This document shows, piece by piece, positions 44,217 through 57,445 of a stretch of 64,000 bases of DNA. A program made the position numbers and the translations under genes. This DNA comes from the human T2T-CHM13v2.0 reference genome, Homo sapiens. Position 1 is the stretch's first letter; each line of letters starts with the position of its first letter. Below the pieces are notes generated by a model that was not told where the DNA came from, ran no database searches, and saw only the letters and a program-made list of their open reading frames with translations. The stretch lies in assembly GCF_009914755.1 (NCBI RefSeq), contig NC_060937.1. One strand, written 5' to 3'.

Positions 44217-45370
44217 TTGATATTTTGCTGTTTGTTTTTTTATATGTCTGATGCCTGTTTTGTTCCTTGATTCCTCCATTACTACCTTTTTTAATGTTAA
44301 GTAGATATTTTGTGTGTACCATTCATTCTTTCTATCATTTTTATTCCATTTTTGAGTTATTTTCTTAGTGGTTTCCTGGGGATGACAATTTATTTCTCAG
44401 TTTATAGCAATCTAGTTCAGATTAATAATTTAATTTCAATTGTATGCAAATGATATCATTACACTATGTAAACACATCAACATAGTTTTATAATTATTGC
44501 TTTAGGCAATTGTCTTTAAAATCATATAGGAGAAAAGAAAAGTTATAAATAAAAATAGATTTATATTGTCTTTTATGTTTACCTATGAGTTACCGTTATT
44601 GATGCTGGTGGTCTTTATTCCTAATGTGGTTTTGAGTTACTGTATAGTGCCCTTTAATTTTATCTTGAAGGATTCCTTTTATTATTTCTTGTAGAGCAGG
44701 TTTCTCCTTCATTTTTGAAAGAGAGTTTTATTGGATACAAAATTCTTGGTCAAAATTATTTTCTTTTTACCACTCTGAATATTTATTACCACTGCTCTGG
44801 CTTCCATAGATTCTGATAATAAACCCTGTTAATCTTATTGAGAATCTTTTATATTTGATGAGTCATTTCTCTTTTGCTGCTTTCAAGTCTTTTTTTGTCT
44901 TTGGCTTTCAAGAGTTGGATTGTTGAAATGATGTGTTCGTGTGTGGATGTCTTTAAATTTATTCTATTGAAGTTTGTTTGCTTCCTGGATGTGTGTATTA
45001 ATGTTTTTCATCAAATATGGGAAATTTTTAGACATTATTTCTTCAAATTATTTTTTCCTGCCCATTTCTTATTCTTTCATTATTCTGGAACTGCCATTAT
45101 GCATATGTTGGTAAGCTTTGTGATGTTGCACAGGTCTGTGAGGCCCTGCTCATTTTTTTATTATTTTTTTCTCTCTGTTCTTGCTCTTCAGACTGGATAG
45201 TCTTATTGACCTATCTTCAAGTTTGCTGATTCTTTCTTCTGCCAGAAATCCACTATTGAGCACTTTAATACGTTTTTCATTATAGTATTGTACTTCCCAG
45301 CTTCAGACTATCTACTTGGTTCATATTTTTTATTTGGTGAGACATCATTACCATAATTTTCTTCAGTTTT

Positions 45371-45674
45371 GTTGTTGTTGTTGTTTATTTGTTTTGAGAC
45401 AGGGTCTCACTCTGCCACCCAGGCTGGAGTACAGTGATGATGACAGCTCACTTCAGCCTAGACCTCCCGGGCTCATGCAATCTTCCCACCTCAGCTTCCT
45501 GAGTAGCTGGGAGTACAGGTGTGTGTCATCATGTCCAGCTAATTTTTGTATTTTGTGGTAGAGATGGGGTTTTGCCATGCTGCCCAGGCTGGTCTTGAAC
45601 TCCTGGGCTCAAGTGATTCTCTTGCCTTGGCATCCCAAAATGCTGGGATTACAGGCAAGAGCCTTCATGCCCAG
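45371..45674 (-). mobile_element. AluJ
   Basis: J-type body with (TTG)n tail. TSD ttttctt(c/t)agtttt on both sides. Confidence 0.9.
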
Positions 45675-46361
45675 TTTTCTTTAGTTTTGTTAGACATGTT
45701 TTTATTCAGTTATTTGCTCATACTTATAAGTTGACTTCAAATTTTTGTCTAGTAAGTCCAACATCTGGGCTTCCCCAGGGAAGGTTTCTAATGATTGCTT
45801 TTTAAAAAATGTGTATGGGCCATATTTCCTGTTTCTTTGTGTGCCTTCTATATTTGTGTTGAAGACTTGATATTTAAAATAATATAATGTTGCCAATCTG
45901 GAAATTGGAACCCCCCCACCCCAGGGTTTGTTCTTGTTGCTATTTGTTTAGTAACTTTCCTGGGCTAATTCTTTAAAGTCCGTATCCTTTGTCATTTACG
46001 GCCACTGAAGTCTTTGGTTAGTTAGGTTAGTGTCAGCCAATGATTGGATTGAGATTTCCTAAAATGCTTTGAGCCAATAACGATCCCAGCCTTTGCCATG
46101 GGACTCTCTGTGCATGTCGGGGCATGGCTTCAGCACTCCAGGAAGAAGGTCACCACTCTTTGAAAGATTTTACTTTCTGTTTGTGCAGGCTCTCGAGGTC
46201 CTCCAGAGGTGAGATATTAGGGCCTTCTCAGATCTTTCCCAAGCCTGCCCACTGTTCTGCACACGCACATGGCCTTCTTCCTTCCCAGGAATATGCCAGA
46301 GTTTCTCAAAATCTACATACATCTCACTCACCAGGTTTTCCTTTAAGATTCTTCCTCAGAA

Positions 46362-46385
46362 TGATCATGGTATCTCCCCTGGCAG
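46362..46385 (-). pseudogene. U1 snRNA 5' fragment (antisense) fused to L1
   Basis: Reverse complement of 46362-46381 is CAGGGGAGATACCATGATCA, U1 nt 13-32 (20/20). It extends to nt 9 with one mismatch. Confidence 0.75.
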
Positions 46386-46668
46386 CAAACTATCACAAGG
46401 ACAGAAAACCAAACACCACATGTTCTCATTCATAGGTGGGAGTTTAACAATGAGAACACTTGGACGTAGGGCGGGGAACATCACACCCCGGGGCCTGTGG
46501 TGGGCTGGTGGAAAGGGGGAGCAGGGAGGGACAGCATTAGGAGATATACCTAATGTAAATGACGAGTTAATGGGTGCAGCAAACCAACATGGCACATGTA
46601 TACCTATGTAACAAACAATGCACGTTGTGCACATGTACCCTAGAACTTAAAGTATAATTAAAAAAAAA
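46383..46668 (+). mobile_element. 5'-truncated L1PA5/6-like 3' end
   Basis: cagcaaactatcacaaggacagaaaaccaaac...tagaacttaaagtataat plus polyA. TSD aagattcttcctca at 46345-46358 and 46669-46682. Confidence 0.93.
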
Positions 46669-48714
46669 AAGATTCTTCCTCATTTGCCCCAACCATATCA
46701 CTGCTTAGGCAGCCATAATGTAAGGCAATTTCCAGTAACTATTTTCAGGAAATGTTCTGGGGAAGAGACTGCTTGCAGTGAGCTTGTTCTTACTGTCAAA
46801 TAAAGACGAGCCTTGCAAGCCAGTGTTCCCATGGAACTTGTAAATAGATTAAACATGGACAATGCTCTAGAAATGGGGCTTTGGGGATTAACCTCAAACC
46901 CTTTCTGCACTATCTAGCGGCTTGTTTGCTGCTGATTTTTGTGTCTACCATGATTGCAAGGCTGTTAGTTTTCAAGGCTACTGCAGAGTTGGAGAGTAAA
47001 GGATAGATAGAAAGAGAGAAAGTAAAAATGTCACAAAGCACACTGTTTAGCTCACTGTTCAAGATTCAGCTGTCGTTATTAAATAAACATTTCTCAGATT
47101 GTTGCAAGTCTTTGGACAACTTCTACAGTTCTAAAACGCTGACGTGGATCATTTGGTCAGTGTTCTCTTTGCTTTTATAGAGGAGGGGATTTTCAGAGGT
47201 CCTTATTCAGTATTCCTGAAGTGACTCTCCTTTGTCATATTCAATGTGTTCACATTAGCTTGTTTCTACTAACTCACCCCATACATTAGTCCAGTGCTTT
47301 TTATCTTTTCTAAATGCCAAAGCAGCAATAGTGGATCTTTTGTGTTTTGAGTCTATACTGTTGGGACTTGGGGTATAAATCTCCTTGGTAGAGCTTCTTT
47401 GGCAAAGAGTTAAGGAAGGAAAGCAGAAGCCCACTGGAGTGCAAGCAGGTTTTGTCCTTGGCTTCAGCTCTGGAACTCACAGTTTTGGTACCTGATCAGT
47501 TATTAACTTTGGGCAGAAGCCTTGTGGATAATGTGACAGACAGACCGTATTCTTCCTGACACAGCTGTAAGCTCTGTTTGCTGTTTCAGCACCCCGCCAT
47601 CAGACTCCGGAGAGTTCTTCCACATGTGCGTACACAGGGAGAATGGAGCTCATTCGTGTTAAATGACGATATTGTTATCATAATAATCAAAAGACAAATG
47701 AAGGCAAAAGCTATTTAATAATGGGAGTAGATGGCAAAAGAAATTTTCAAAGAATACTGCTCTATTATTTCTACATTTTAGCAATAATATGCAAACCCAT
47801 ATAGTGTTATGCATGGGGATTGAATCTAATTAAATTGTAAAGAGCAATCCTCATGTTGTGTGTTATGTAAGCCGTAAATGACAATCAGAGGTGCCAGGAA
47901 AGCCATTCCCTGTCCCTTTTGCACAAGTTAAAGCATATAATGAGAAAAAACAAAAGAATGAACTGATATATCTGTTTCCAAATTGCTTTTCTAATATATG
48001 ATTTATTGAGGAGTTGAGTATTAGCCTTTTATATCTTGAGACATACTTACAATGGGAGAAATTAATTTGCTTATTTACTATTTTTATCTGTATGTGTGGA
48101 GAAAATAGTTGCATGTTACCAGAGATATGCCAATTTTAATTCAAAATACTGGAGTAAAAATATTAAAAACTAAGTTTTATGTACCATCATTTATGCTTTT
48201 GATAAAATGACTTTTGCCCTGTGGTTCTTTAAAACCTGGAAAACATTTTTCTAAAGTAATTTATGTGTCTTTCTAATTTAAGGTGAACTGTCATATTAAA
48301 AACAGCAACAATGAAAACACCTTGCCAGTACCTTCCAGCTTTCAATTTAGATACTTTTCAAGAACATGAATATGCACTCTTTTCTACACCACCTACTGGG
48401 AGCACCTGCTCTGTGTGTGGCACCTTGCTATTCCAGGCACTGAGAGTGCAATAGCAAGCCAAACTGTTGGTTTCCTCATGGAATTTTAACATATAGGAAG
48501 AAGCAGCAGGGCAAAAAAGTATATTGCAACAGGCTGTGCTCTCTGAGGGCTATTGTTTTGGAAAGACCCAGAAGTAAGCAGGGTACAAAGGGATGAGAAG
48601 AAAATACAGCAGGGTTTTCTACAGGAAAACACCTAAAAACCTAGACAGTTCCATGGGACATGGGAAATTAGGCAGAGATGGAGCAGGCATGTTCCATGGA
48701 ATAATTTATTTTGG

Positions 48715-49210
48715 AGTTCTGAAGCTGCACTGCCCAACAGAAATATAATGTGAGCCCCATGTGAGCCCCAGTCATTGTATTTTTTAAAAGTAGAAATGAA
48801 ACTAGTGAGATGATGGTAAAAATATGTTTTATTTAGCCCAGTACATCCAAACTGTTACCATTTCATCATACAATTAATGTAAAAAATTATTAATCGGTAT
48901 TTTACACTTTTTTATGGATGTTCTCAAAATAGGTATTCTTACAACACATCTCAACCCTTACACTTAATTCTTATTGGAAATAATTGGTCTATGTTTAGAC
49001 TTTATAAAACTAACCATTGCAAGTTATATTCACTTGCTCTAGTTGTTTCAAACATTTCAAGTTTTCCAATAACTGGATGAAGTATCATCGGTTTTTAAAT
49101 TTAAGTGAATGAAAATTAAATAAAACTTGAAATTCAGTTTCTCATTCATACAGTTCACACATTCTCACCAGGGACACTCTTGAGTACTCTAACTGGACAG
49201 CTCAGGTCTG
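48715..49210. mobile_element. hAT-Charlie relic (MER3/MER33/Charlie1-like)
   Basis: gcactgcccaacagaaatataatgtgagcc ... aaattcagtttctcattc ... ctggacagctcaggtct ends. Confidence 0.7.
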
Positions 49211-50893
49211 GAGAACAACCTGCATAGGTCACTGCCATGCATTGGTGACATGCCTGGCTGACACTGGGCAGACAGTATAATGTTTGCTGAATTAGATTCA
49301 ATGAAGCAGCTGAGACCTATAGAGGCTAAGTGACAGGGTCAGCATCCTCCAAATAATAAAAAGTAATGAGGATAAACTAGAACCCAGACCTCTTACCAAC
49401 TCATGAAACCTTAGAAGAGTGTTTAGTGCTTGAGTTTCAGAAAATAAATTTCAAAAATTTGGATCACAGGGGATTTTCTGAAAATGTTTCCAAATCTACT
49501 TAAGTATTGAGTTTGGAAAGAGAGAAAGAGAGAGAGAGAGAAAGAGAAAGACAGAGAAGAGGAAGAGTTCAGATAACAAGGGGTGCCTCTATTTACTGTT
49601 AAAAGCTTGGAAATGTGGTAATCATAGACTAAAGGAGCGAAGTGCTTTACTTGGCCTCATTTACCCACAGAGCATAATGATGGCCCTGGAAAGTATCTAA
49701 CTCAAGAGTCTGGATGAATTTTCTTTTTCAAAAATAAAAGTCTGCAGAAGTATGCAAGAGTGTGTGACAGTTGTTCAGGCTCAGAGCTAGAGCAGAGGCA
49801 AATGACCCTGGGTAGGGTGTTGGGGTTTGGGCAGCTGCCTTCAAGAGGGGTGATTGGAATCCAGCTTGCTGGCCTCCTTGGGGAGCAAGTAGGACCCAAT
49901 CTCTCACCCATCCTTGGTTACAGAGCTTTAAGAGATGGAGGAAGCCACATTTGGGTTGGGAGTCTTTTCTGGGGAAGGATATGATTAGACTAATGAAATA
50001 ATGGAATTAGGCTTATTTGTCTTTCCTACAGTGAAAAAGTTGATTCTATTCAACTTATAAGGTATTGCTCTCCTTATTTTTTTTTCTGGAGGGAGAGGAA
50101 AAGAACAATGGAGTAAGTACAATATTATTGGCTAAAAATAAATCTTTTTGGCTTAACTTATTTTTCAGTTTGATTAAAACATTAAGTTTTCATCACAATT
50201 GAAATGAAAACAATTAGTGGCAAGACACTCCATTTTAAACAAGTTTTACCTGTTTGAAATGAACTACCTTATATAAAGCCAGTCAAATTTTTTAAAAAGG
50301 ACTGTAAGATTATTGCAGGGTCATGTTCATTTATTTATTTAGCTTTGGGAATTTTGCAATTAGAAAGAAAACATCACCGTTTCACAGACAGATACATCTG
50401 CAAACAAACCCAAGACAAATGACATCTACCATTGGGGTCATGTCATCACTCTGTCCCCCCCAGGGTATGTCCCCATAGGAGGCCATATGATGAGCCCCTT
50501 CAGAGGGACCAACCTGCTCTTGAATCACATTTTTTCCAAACTTTACCATTTTCCAAGCTTCACTGACACACTGGTTCAGCTTTCTAAGACAGTATTTTGA
50601 TAAGGCAGATGGGAATGAGTTTTGAAGAGACTCTAATATAGACTAAAGAAAAGTAGTATGATTTTCAGCATTGTGGAGCCCTTGGCTGGTTGAAGTTGAG
50701 TGTTTCATTTGGGAGCAGGGTTGCATACCCCCAAAATGTGTAAGTCATCTTGACCACTGATGTGTTAAAATCTACTCTAATCGTCCCTAAATGACCATTG
50801 ATGAGAATAGGAGGTGCTTTTAATGAAAATTTGACACATATTGGGAGGCTGACATGAGTAATTTTTGCTAGTAGCCATAATCTTCATAAGTTT

Positions 50894-51347
50894 TATCAAC
50901 CTAAATAACAAACAGAGGCTCTCTAAAAGAAAAATGATGTTTATTTGGCAATAGGTCACAGCAGTGGGAATACATGTTTCATAGTAAACTGCATATTCAG
51001 GGAGGTAAAGGAACACAAAAGATTGTAAAGAAAAAGTGAAGAGTGTTACGTAATTGTTTTGAAATTATTGTCCTTGGTTACATGTATCAATAATAAGGGT
51101 GGTGCCAGTCCAAGATTGCACAGGCAGTGGCTGGGCTGATGTCCTTAAAGAAGAACTTTTTGTGTAAGGTTGTGGTGGCTTATGTGCAAGATTACAGTTG
51201 TTTTTGCAGAGTCTTTGATAATAGTTTTGTTATTGGGCATGCAAGCATGAGAACCCTCTCGTTCATAGCCTTCTCTGGCTCTATTTGTCTTTTTTTTTTT
51301 TTCAATTTAACACAAGTAACTCTATTTTGATTCTGACAACTTTCACA
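50894..51347 (-). mobile_element. MER31-like ERV1 solo LTR
   Basis: Reverse complement begins TGTGAAAGTTGTCAGAATCAAAATAGAG and ends ATTTAGGTTGATA. Possible 4-bp TSD gttt/gctt. Confidence 0.8.
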
Positions 51348-52593
51348 GCTTCCTCAGTATGCTCCTTTATCCTCCCCCATTAAACAAGCACACATTTCTT
51401 CAACCTTTTAAATGAGTATTTTGATTTCTACCATGAGCTAAAAATAACTGAATGGCATGCACTTAAAATAAATGGTTGTCTCTTTAGTATAATTAAAGAG
51501 ATCAGTGTCATCCAAAATCCTCATTTATTTCAAGGAAACCTAGACAAAATCATCTACTTAAGTAAGGTAGAGCCTATAGATTGAATTAATTTGCTAATAT
51601 GGTTTTAGAATGATAAAAATTCTAAATTTAAAATTGACAGGAAAATCATCCTTGTTAATGCTTACCAAAGTAAAACTGTTTTACAGAGAAACTTTTACAA
51701 TTATGAATGCTTGAATTTTTAGTGGAAATATGCATGCCTAATTGCAATTATGGTCTATACGTATTGAGATAAATGTGCATTTTTGCCACGTAGGATTTGC
51801 TTCTCTTATATCTGAATTGTGTGTGGTTTTGATGAATTTTCCATTCTGCCCCAGCCTGACTCCTCAGATGAGGCCAGGAGCCAGAGTAGCAGGCCAGCTG
51901 CTGGATTCGCCTTCAGCCCACGTGGATGTGTTTTGAAAGAGCCAGCCCCCAGGGTTGGGCAGAAGGCTTCAGGTTTTGTGAGCCAGAATGCACCTTATAA
52001 ACATACAGAGATAAAATGATGCCATCTCTGTTATTACAGTGTGTGTTCTTAATGCTGTTTTTTTTTTTAATGTTGTATTTATGAGGGACAGAGAGTAAGA
52101 AAGCCTGCATGAAAAAGAAATCTAAAACAAGACATTGTCTTCTATACCATATTGAGCAAGCAAATTCTCACTGCATTTCTTTTTATTTAGAAGCACAAAA
52201 TTTTACTTGATGATGGATAGACATAAGCACTTCATAACTTAGAAAATTAGGACACTTTGGAATCTTTATTGAAGCAAATATAATCTTGAGTTTCATGAGA
52301 CAATGGGTAAAATTATGCTTTATACACAAAATAGACATGGATACAATAACACATCCTTTAACCAAACTCTTCAAAGAACAAAGTGTTCCACATAAATGAA
52401 TTTTCTTAAAATGAAAGGTTTTCTCTTTGAAACAAAATAATCTGAGAAAAATGTTTCATTTCTTTATTTTTGTTAGATATCAATTTATGAAGGTAAATGC
52501 ACTTCTCAGCTACTTAAGCAGAAATGCTCAACATTTTTAAACTTTACCTTGATGAGTTAGGAATATTTATAGAAAATTCTAATGCTTTTAGTA

Positions 52594-52775
52594 CAGTGTA
52601 TCTTAGAGGCACATAAGAACAAACTTGGAGATTGTCAAAAATATGTATTCTTGGGACCCATCAGAAACTCTTATTCGGTAGAGTTGGGTGAGTTTCAAAA
52701 CTCTCCATCTGTAACAAGCTTTCTACCTGATTATCTTCCAAGTGGTCATCAGAGTCACACTTTAAGAAACCTTGA
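52594..52775. mobile_element. MER5A-like MITE (degenerate)
   Basis: aacaagctttctacctgatt...cacactttaagaaacc. Confidence 0.55.
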
Positions 52776-52900
52776 CTTTCCGAACATTATTTCAAAAATG
52801 ACAATAATCATAACAACCCGATCTCTCATTGTCAGGCACTGTTCTCCATCCTTCTATAAATTAGTTTATTCAACACTTCACAGCGGTAGGTACTCTTTTC

Positions 52901-53219
52901 TTTCTTTCTTTCTTTCTTTTTTTTTTTTTTTTTTGAGATGGCGTTTCACTCTTGTTGCCCAGGCTGGAGTGCAAAGGCACGATCTCGGCTCTCACAGCAA
53001 CCTCCACCTCCCAGGTTCAAGCGATTCTCCTCCCTCAGCCTCCCAAGTAGCTGGAATTATAGGCATGCACCACCACGCCCAGCTAATTTTGTATTTTTAG
53101 TAGAGACGGGGTTTCTCCATGTTGGTCAGGCTGGTCTTGAACTCCTGACCTCTGGTGATCCACCCGCCTCGGCCTCTCAAAGTGCTGGGATTACAGGTGT
53201 GAGCCACCACCGCCCAACC
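52901..53219 (-). mobile_element. AluSp inserted in a MIR (-, ~52800-53380)
   Basis: gtttcactcttgttgccc; tttctccatgttggtcagg. 16-bp TSD ggtaggtactcttttc at 52885-52900 and 53220-53235. Confidence 0.95.
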
Positions 53220-53699
53220 GGTAGGTACTCTTTTCACTCCCTGTTTTCTGATTTGAAACTTGGAGCCAGAATGATTTCAATGTCTCACCTGGGTCACCTG
53301 GTCACTATGTGATGAATTGGCCTGAGTTCAAATGCAGCCTGCCTGACTCCATGGCTTAACCATACTGTTATACTGCACAACTTAGATGTCCAGAGATAAA
53401 CATTTCTCAATGTTTTATAGATTTGTTGCTTCTATTCTCCGTGCCAGATTCTGTGAGTGTGTGTTAAGGGTTACGTTTTCTAATGGGAGTGTGTGGTATC
53501 AGTTAGGCATGATGGATTCACCCGGGGCTGAGGGGCTGGAATAACTCCTGCTGCTAGAAAACTCACTCGCCCTCCTTTCACTTCCTCAGCTATTGATCCC
53601 AATCAATTATGCATCAGGAAACCCAATCACCATCTGCGAAAGAAGTGGCTCCATCACATAAGCAACTAGACTTTCAGCGGCATTTAAAAATCATCCTAT

Positions 53700-54600
53700 T
53701 TAATGAGTCATTTTTCTAAGCATGATATTAACATGGGCTCATTGTGGAAGATCTGGAGAAACTGGGAAGTATCATAGAAAATATAATTTGCAAACTGGTC
53801 AGAGAGAATACTACTGACATCGAAATCTCTTTAAAATAGTTTCTATATATTTAAACATAAACATGCCAATACAGATTTGTGTGTTTATATGTAAATATGA
53901 GGGCATTATTTATACATTTAATGGTATAATCTGTATTACATTGTTTTACATAATGGGGGTCATACCGTATATAACACTTTGCATTATTCATTCCTCACTT
54001 AGTACTATTCTGTGGACATTTTCCTAGGATATGAAATATTTTTGAAAATATTTTTCATTAAAATTGCAGGCATAATTTTCAATCATGGCCATGTTTTAAA
54101 TTTGCATAAATTGGGACCTACTTTTGAACACATCTTGTTTCCTTTTTTTAGCTATTATAAATTGTTAAATAGTGCAGGGAGAAATATCTTTGTGTATAAA
54201 TTTATGTCCACAGTTTGAATTGTATTTTAAAATAGAGCTCTGGAAAGGAAGTTACTTTGTTAAAGAGGACAACATTCCTTAAGGAAGTAAATAATTATTT
54301 TTTACATTACATTTCAGAACTGCTACACAACGTCTATGTCCATCACTAGTATATGAAAGAGCTGACTTATACACACTGAATATTCTCATAAAATTAAATA
54401 TTTGCTTATTTAAATAATCTGTCTTTTGTAGTTCTTTGATTACTTCTGTAGTTTGTATTTTTTCCTTTATATTACTTAACAATTAGTTTTTCCTTTTGCA
54501 TGACTTGTCTGTACTTGTTGTTCTTTTTATCATTTTAAAACCTATAATAGCTTTTTATATGTAAGTTTTAACCATGTTTTCTATAAACTTTCTAAAGGAT
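53700..54600 (-). mobile_element. Old L1ME fragment
   Basis: aaatagtgcagggagaaatatctttgtgtataaa...tttgattacttctgtag. Confidence 0.55.
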
Positions 54601-55097
54601 GTTTTTCTAGGATTGAGAGAACCAGCTTCAGGCTCTTGAATTTATGATAGCATTTCTGGGTGTTCAGAAGGATTCTGACTTATTTCTGGGCTCTTGGTTT
54701 TGCTAGAAACAGTTGATGCTAGTAAAAAAACGATTTCCATAAATGCATGCTACATTTTCTGTTTAAGTAATAAATGTAAGCTGAATTGATGCTTTGTTAA
54801 AACAGTTGCTTTTTTAAGAAAGCAACTTTATCAATGATATAAGATAAATTGGGTTTTTAACTTCTTTTTATTTCAATTGTGTATTTCAGCCTCTGTCTAT
54901 TATGTGTCAAAAACAGAATCCCAATTTTTGATATGGAATATCAAGTTCAGAGAGGTATGGCCAGGATATCTTCAAGTATCCATCTACAATGTTTTTACTT
55001 TTTTATTACATCAATGTTCTTATTTTCCAAATAGTAATACATATTACATACCTTCACATTTTCTGACAACTGAAATATATGTTTTAATAGTATGATT

Positions 55098-55397
<300 letters not shown>

Positions 55398-55785
55398 TTA
55401 TTTAATCTTTTATAAAGCATCTTACAGAATTATTTCTAAATAAGTATAGAAGAAATAAGAAATATACCCAGGTTCAAAGTTGCAGTGGAATAATTAAGAA
55501 CAGTTGTTGGTTTAGACTGACTTTCAGAGAATTAAAATAATACACCATGAAACCATACAGTTAACTTTGTAATTAAAAACACTTTTCTTTATTCAAAAAA
55601 TGATTATTTTATTGTAGAAAGAGAAGAAGCTGACTAGCCAAATTCCAAAGAATCTAAAGAAATTCTCACTGATTCCAATTTTACAAATGGATCTGAAAAT
55701 CTTATATGACTGGTTCTTCTACTTAAAAAAATAAAAACGCAAAATAAAGTAAACATATTTTTTTTTAAATGTGAGGTAACATCGA

Positions 55786-55963
<178 letters not shown>

Positions 55964-57069
55964 TAAAAATATTTAAATTAGAAACAGAAAAAAAGCAAAA
56001 AAACAACTTTCTATGAAGTAAATTAATTCTTGTTCTTAAAAACCACATGCAACATAATAAAAAATGCAGAGATTTTAATAAGTCCACTTCTGGCACTCAC
56101 TGTCCTAAGTCAATAAACCTGGTGTCCAAATAAGTAACCACGAGCCCTGAGCACCTGGTTAATTTCCTCAAAGTAGCAAGTGGCTATTCATCGTCTGAAA
56201 TCATACCTCCTTTACTCAAATGTCTCCTGTTAGCTACGTCCAATTCTTTCTCAAATCTTTATCAAATCCTCACTGATTTATGACCTTGACAGGATTTTGT
56301 GGGTAGCTGGGAGCATCTGGTCAGCCACCCTTTCCTCTCCCAAACTACAGAGGCAGAGAATGGCGCTGCAGCCTCCAAATGCAAAATGCAAAACCCTTGC
56401 ACATTGACAGGGCTGCTCCCCATGTATATTCATTACTCACACTCAATTAGAGACCCAGAGAAGGCGGAAAAGCGGGCCTTACCTTGTCAATCTCAGAAGA
56501 AAACGTCTTGTGAACGTTCCATCATGTTTCATTAGGTCGATTCAGCCAAGGGCAGGCCCATTTTCCCTTTCCCACCCGGCCCTCCCTCTGACACCAGGCC
56601 TGTCATCACCAGCTGCCACTGTTCCAAGGAAATTTTTGGTGGGAAAAGGGGGCATAGAAAGACTCAAGGTAACAATAATTGTTATATTGCAAATCTGAAG
56701 ATGTTCTTCCCGCAGCAGAGCTGTGTACAAACCCCACATGTGTGTACTGGGCAAAGCGATATTGTCCTCACTCTTCATTGCTGGTGTTCACACAGCATGG
56801 CACAGGCTTGGCACATGTCTGGAATGTGGCATTTCACTCAGGATCTATGGCATTTGTAGCAACTTATGTGGCTCAACTATTCCTGTCTCTCCCCTTTGTG
56901 TCGTGGGCATCTGGTTGTGCCACCATCTTCCTCAGCTGCACTGGATGGATGGATGAAGCTTGTGGGGAGGGGTTGTTTGTGAGCAGCACCTTCAGGCAAA
57001 ACCCCAGAGTTAACTGGGACAGGAGGCAGGAGAAAGGGGCACTGAAGGGAGAGCTTTTGGGGCAGGCAG

Positions 57070-57445
57070 AACACAGGAAGAATCAGGTCTAGTATTCAAT
57101 ACTACAATAGGAAGACTGTGGTTATCAATAACTTAGGGTAGGTTTCAAAATAGCTAGAAGAGAAGAATTGTAATGTCTCCAACACAAAGAATTGTCAATG
57201 TTTGAGATGAGGGATATACCAACTACCCTGGATTGATGATTACACATTGCACACATGTATCAAAATATCACTTGTGCCCCAAAGGTGTATAGTTATTATA
57301 TATGAATAAAAAACAAAGGAAATGGAAAAAATTGTGATGATGGTTGCCCAACTCTGAATACATGAAAAGCCATTAAACTGTACACTTTAAATGGGTGAAC
57401 TGTATGATATGTGGATTATATCCCAACAAATCTGTTTTTAAAAAA
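57070..57445 (+). mobile_element. L1MA 3' end followed by an L1MB-type tail fragment
   Basis: ttcaaaatagctagaagagaagaattg...caacacaaaga; then ttaaactgtacactttaaatgggtgaactgtatg. Confidence 0.75.

Larger units (their letters stand above)
39690..47225 (-). mobile_element. Near-full-length ancient L1M (L1MB-type 3' end) with four nested insertions
   Basis: 3'UTR at the left (caaccatcaccactacctaattccggaacattttcatcacccc). Minus-strand ORF2 remnants (MNIDTKILNSIL..IQHHIK; PDTFTGESYQIFREELIPILYKIF). ORF1/5' region toward 47.2 kb. Confidence 0.85.

Noticed and set aside
52582-53312. 172-aa and 124-aa ORFs
   Set aside because: Made of MER5, MIR and antisense AluSp sequence.
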